A stretch of 64,000 nt of DNA, from positions 27,156,001 through 27,220,000 of the forward strand of contig NW_027361870.1 in assembly GCF_039654945.1 (NCBI RefSeq), read 5' to 3'. Of this stretch, positions 58,593 to 64,000 are shown one piece after another. The translations under genes and the position numbers were made by a program. Position 1 is the stretch's first letter, and the number at the start of each line of letters is the position of its first letter. This stretch comes from Dendrobates tinctorius. Lineage: Eukaryota. The notes beneath the pieces are model-generated. The model was given only the letters and a program-made list of their open reading frames with translations, ran no database searches and was not told the origin of the DNA.

Positions 58593-61500
58593 TATTAATA
58601 ATAATATTTATTTCTATAGCGCCGACATATTCCGCAGCACTTTACATTTCAGAGGGGATTTGTACAGACAATAGACATTACAGCATAACAATCACAGAGA
58701 TTATAACAAATACCAAGAGGAATGAGGGCCCTGCTCGCAAGCTTACCGTCTATGAGGAAAGAGGTAGACATGAAAGGTGGGTGGTAACAGTTGCCCTGAT
58801 TGTATGGACCAGCCATAATGTTAAGTGTGTAACAGTACAGACACAGAGGGCTAATGGATGCATAAAGCATGTGGGAACATGATGCGGGGAACCTGCTTCT
58901 GGTAAAACTTTTGGCTGTGCCACACAGGGATAGATTAGGTTAATGTGTTGAGGCGATAGGCCAGTCTGAATAAATGTGTTTTCAGGGCACGCTTAAAATT
59001 GTGGGAATTGGGGACTAATCGTATTGACCTGGGAAGTGCATTCCAAAGAATTGGCACAGCACGTGTAAAGTCTTGGAGACGGGAGTGGGAGGTTCTGATT
59101 ATTGTGGATGCTAACCTCAGGTCATCAGCAGAGCGGAGGGCGCGGGTAGGGTGGTATACTGAAACAAGGGAGGAGATGTAGGGTGGTGCTGAGCCATGGA
59201 GGGCTTTGTGGGTGAGCGTAATAAGTTTATACTGAATTCTGGAGTGGATGGGTAGCCAGTGTAATGACTGGCACAAGGTAGAGGCATCGGTGTAACGATT
59301 GGTGAGGAATATGATCCTGGCTGCAGCATTCAAGACAGATTGGAGAAGGGAGAGTTTGGTAAGAGGGAGACCGATTAGAAGAGAGTTACAATAGTCGAGA
59401 CGAGAATGAATAAGAGAAACAGTAAGAATTTTTGCAGAGTCAAAAGTAAGAAAAGGTCGAATTCTAGAGATGTTTTTGAGGTGCAGATGACAAGAGCGAG
59501 CCAGTGATCGAATGTGGGGGGGCAAAGGAAAGCTCGGAGTCAAGTATGACCCCAAGACAACAGGCATGTTGCTGGGGAGTAATAGTGGAACCACACACAG
59601 AAATGGTAATGTCGGGTATAGGTACATTTGTAGAGGGAGGAAACACAAGTTCAGTCTTTGACATGTTCAGTTTCAGATATAGTGAGGACATGATGTTAGA
59701 CACAGCGTTTAGACAATTGCCGGTGTTTTCTAGAAAGGCTGGCATGATGTCAGGAGAAGAAGCGTATATCTGGGTGTCATCAGCATAGAGATGGTATTGG
59801 AAACCAAATCTACTGATTGTTTGACCAATAGGGGCAGTGTACAAGGAGAAGAGGAGGGGGCCTAGAACCGATCCTTGAGGAACCCCACAGTAAGGGGAAG
59901 GTGAGAGGAGGAGCCAGCAAAAGATACAGTAAAGGAGCGGTCAGAGAGATAGGAGGAGAACCAGGAGAGAACGGTGTCCTTGAGGCCAATGGAACGGAGC
60001 ATAGTGAGGAGGAGCTGATGATCCACAGTGTCGAATGCTGCAGAGAGATCCAAGAGAATTAGCATGAAGTAATGACCATTTGATTTAGCTGTTAGTAGAT
60101 CATTATAGACTTTAGTGAGGGCAGTTTCAGTAGAGTGTAACGAGCGGAAACCGGATTGGAGAGGGTCGAGAAGAGAGTTATCAAAGAGATAGCGGATAAG
60201 ACGGGAGTGGACCAGACGTTCCAGGAGTTTAGAGATGAAGGGAAGATTAGAGACAGGTCTATAGTTAGAGGCACAGTTTTGGTCGAGGGATGGCTTTTTA
60301 AGTAGTGGATGTATGATGGCATGCTTAAATGAGGAGGGAAAGATACCAGAAGAGAGAAAGAGAGGTTAAATATTTTAGTTAGGTGAGGGGTGACAGCAGG
60401 GGAAAGGGACTGGAGGAGATGTGACGGAAATGGGTCACTGGTGCAAGTGGTTGGGCGAGAAGATGCAAGGAGCCTGCTTACTTCTTCTGTGACTGGTTCA
60501 AAATCAGAGAGTGAGCTAGATGCAGTGGGGGAGGGAGGACAGTGCATGGTATGAGGTGATTGGGAGATAATTTCCTGTCGAATCTGGTCAATTTTTTCTT
60601 TGAAGTAATTGGCCAGATCGTCAGCTCGGAGCTCTGTGGTTGGGGCCTGTACTCTTGGGTTGAGTAGAGAATGAAAAGTGTCAAAGAGACGTTTAGGGTT
60701 ATTGGACAGTGAGGGGATGAGGGTGTTGAAATAGGTTTGTTTGGAGAGTGAAGGGCAGTGTTGTATGTTCGAAGCATAAACTTATAATGGATGAAATCTT
60801 CGTGTAGATTGGATTTTCTCCACAGACATTCGGCGCACCGCTGCAGGAAACCTGTTTGCAGGGTGTGCCAGGGTTGTCGCCGTCTGTGTTGTGGTTTTCT
60901 ATTTATAGGGGGTGCAAATTCATCCAGGGCACTTTGAAGTGTTTCATTGTAATGCTTCAATGCAGAATTAGGACATGAGAGGGAGGAGATAGGGGCCAAT
61001 GATGACCGCAAGTTCATCGTAAGTTTCTGGGCGTTAATGGCCTGTATGTTTCTATAAGTATGGACAGTGGGGGTGACCTGAGCAGCCTGGCAGTTCTTAA
61101 TAGAGAATGAAAGAAGATTGTGGTCAGAGAGCGGGAGAGGGGAGTGTGCAAAATCATCCACTGTATAAAGCCGAGAGAAGACAAAGTCGAGGGAGTTTCC
61201 GTCTTCATGCATTGGAGAATTAGTAAGCTGAGAAAGGCCAAATGAGGAGGTTAGAGATAAAAGGTGAGTAGCAGATGGGGAGTGGGGAAGAGCAATGGGG
61301 ATGTTGAAATCTCCCATGATGAGGGTAGGGATGTCACAGGAGAGAAAATGTGGAAGCCAAGTGGCAAAATGATCCAGGAACTGATGGGAGTGAACGGGAG
61401 GACGATACATGACCACCACCACTCGCATGGAGAAGGGGGTGTAGAGTCTGACGGCATGGACCTCAAAAGAAGGGAAGACTAGTGAGGGTAGTTGAGGGAT

Positions 61501-62200
61501 AACCTGAAAGGTACATTTTGGTGATAGGAGCAGACCAACGCCTCCACCTGCTCTTTTGTCTGATCTTGGGGTATGAGAGAAGTGTAGTCCCCCGTATGAA
61601 AGAGCAGCAGCAGCGTTAGTGTCTGACTGCTGGATCCAGCTTTCAGTAAGAGCCAGGAGGTTAAGAGAATTAGAAAGGAAAAAGTCATGAGTGAAGGAGA
61701 GTTTGTTACACACTGAGCGAGAATTCCAAAGTGCACAATTAAGAGAGACAGATGGCATGCAGGGAATATTAATAAGATTAGAGGAGTTTCTGAGTGTAGC
61801 AGTGGGGGGGTTTGACTTTCTATAACATGGGGGACTAGGGTTGGGAGCAATGTCTCCTGCGACTAGGAGAAGGAGGATAGAAAGAGTCAGCAGATGGTTA
61901 AGTGATTTGTGAGAGCGTCTATTATGTTGAATGGGGGGACTGACTGGATCTGTGCAATTTAACAGTGTGAAAAAAGCATGAGTGCTATACATAGGAGAGG
62001 AAAGGAGCGAGGGGCCGATATGGATGGAGTGTATAGAGTTAATGCCCGGGCGGTGGATGTGTGTGAATGCAGCGGCCAGGATATAAATGACACAAATGCA
62101 TATGGTAAATGTACAGGGAGTAGATGTATATAAATGTCTTACCTGTCTCCTGCCCTGTCTAACTGCCATGTTATAACTGCCAGTACTTTGATACATGTTC
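58593..62200 (-). mobile_element. L2-clade LINE (APE endonuclease plus RT, frameshifted), inserted between L1 ORF1 and ORF2
   Basis: Endonuclease motifs WNSRSVCNK, LALTESW, GGGVG, MGDFN and LSDH. RT motifs [24 protein letters not shown] and SRLDYCNSLL...LHWLP. The 3' end reads TGTAAAGTGCTGCGGAATATGTCGGCGCTATAGAAATAAA plus (TTA)n. The 5' boundary is approximate. Confidence 0.93.
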
Positions 62201-62761
62201 TTAGATCACATGTGCATAGATGCCCCCTGCATAAATGCTTCCCCAAGCTATGTCTAAATATATAGGAATATAGGAGGCTAAGACTTAGAACTTTTTTTTT
62301 TTTTTTGCTCTCTCTTCTCGTTAATCAAACTAAACTGAGACAGCAGGAACCAATAAAATGTTGTGGTCAAATAAACAGATGTCCAGCACTACATGGATCA
62401 TAAAGCACTTTCAAAAATGTTTCTTGACCTCACAACATAAGGGGACAAGCAGAGTAAGTTGAAAAAACTATATACCAGATATAAGCTTGCATAGTTGAAA
62501 ACACATATATAGCATTCAGGATTAACTGCTTGCTGACATTGAATGGAGTGGCGAAACACAGGTTGATTCAGAGCAGAGATTGAAAGAGCTGGTTACCTGT
62601 ATGAAGAGAATAGAGATGCGTGTCACATTCATCCATGTTATAACTATTAAAGGTTATTAAGTTTCCTACAGGACAAGTTCTTGAGCGATTGGTCATATCG
62701 ACACTTTGATACTCAGCTATCTGGCTGATATCTTTGTCACATACTTGTGATAGCTGTATAG

Positions 62762-64000
62762 ATGAGTATCAAACTTATCACGTACAATGTAAGAGGGCTA
62801 AATAGCCCCCATAAGAGGTTCCAACTCTGGAGAGAGCTTAAGAAGTCAAAGGCTGACATATGTGTCCAGGAGACGACGTTTCTGGATGGTAACCATCCAT
62901 ATTTTCACGACAATGGATTCCCCCATATATATGAATCTAATAAGAAGGCGGCAGGAGTCCTTACAATTATTAAAAATTCGGTCTCATTTGAATTCCTAGA
63001 GGAGTATAAAGACGACATGGGCAGATACCACATCCTGGTATGTAATATATTTAGAATATATTTATCCACCATAGTAAATATTTACGCCCCGAACCGTCAA
63101 CAAATTAGGTTCCTCAATAAGTTGCAGAGAAAACAGTCTTTGGTGATAAAAGGTGTGCTACTGATGCTAGGAGACTTCAATGTGGTTCCCGACAGGCTGG
63201 TGGACTCATCCTCGCAAACAAGAACTGAAGCCTGTAACTTGAACGACTGGCTTTTCAGAAATGAACTCTATGACATATTCAGGTGCATAAACACCTCGTC
63301 AATAGAGTTCAGTTATTTTTCAGATGTCCACCAGACTGCCTCAAGGATAGATCTGATAATCGCTGACATTTTTTCTCTTCAAAAGTTTAACAAGGTAACT
63401 ATAGGAGATGGATCAATATCCGACCATGCTCCTGTCACAGGAGAACTAACGTTATGTCCCCTACTGAACAATAGACAATTATGGAAATGCAATTCCAATT
63501 TAATTCACGATCCTATCCATAAAAATTCAATCGAAAAGTCCATAAAGAAATATTTTACGGAAAATGGCCCTGACTCCACCACCCCATTCACAAGATGGTG
63601 TGCCCATAAGGCAGTCCTCAGAGGAGTGATTATCGCCATATCATCCCAAGTAAAAAAAGAAAATAGAACCAAGGTTAAAGAAATACAGGACATAATTAGA
63701 GACAAGGAAAAAGCTCAATTAAAACTCCTATCACCCTCTACCTTCATACAAACAGACCTACTAAACCTCCGACAACGTCTTAGAAATCTACTCTTCTCTT
63801 CATATGATGCTGCCATCAAATCTTCACGTTATAAATACTATACTTCCCTCAATATAGCAACAAGGTACATGACAAATTGCATAACAAAGAAGCGAATTCA
63901 TAACAGAATAAACAGATTAATTACCGATAACTACATTCTTTCTCACCCACAGGATATAGTCCAAGAATTTTCTAAATATCAAAAGTTATATAATCTAAAA
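62762..64000 (+). pseudogene. L1-clade ORF2 remnant (endonuclease domain onward), runs off the window
   Basis: MSIKLITYNVRGLNSPHKR, VQET, GRY, NIYAPN, GDFN, SRID, SDHAP and HKAVLRG, broken by frameshifts and stops. Confidence 0.88.

Overview
This is vertebrate nuclear DNA, most likely an anuran (frog), judged from the repeat families. The whole window appears to lie inside SPTBN1 (beta-II spectrin) on the minus strand. Only two host coding exons are present. One is the canonical first coding exon (CDS 51093->50952, [16 protein letters not shown]...RIKALA). The other, about 45.5 kb downstream, is the alternative first exon of the short/ELF-type isoform (CDS 5446->5338, MELQRTSSLSGPLSP...FKQLQ). 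Both end in phase-1 GT donors that should splice to a shared exon left of base 1. The rest is intron packed with transposable elements: a defective full-length chromodomain Gypsy provirus with LTRs and TSD, two solo LTRs, CR1, L2, two L1-clade LINEs, a tRNA-derived SINE, Tc1 relics, and many Harbinger-type and TTAA (Kolobok/T2-type) MITEs. There are also several large foldback elements. These include a 5.3 kb hAT foldback with an 11/33/322-bp hierarchical satellite expanded in one arm, a palindromic non-autonomous Helitron, and a Penelope-like inverted insertion with a hammerhead-ribozyme core nested in a MITE nested in a CR1. The most unexpected pattern is that unrelated palindromic elements repeatedly carry a core, often CpG-rich, bracketed by outward-facing consensus 5' splice sites, and several elements carry promoter motifs (CRE, CCAAT, ZNF143/THAP11-type). 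All long repeat-derived ORFs in the track are judged spurious. Family names come from recalled motifs; no database search was run.
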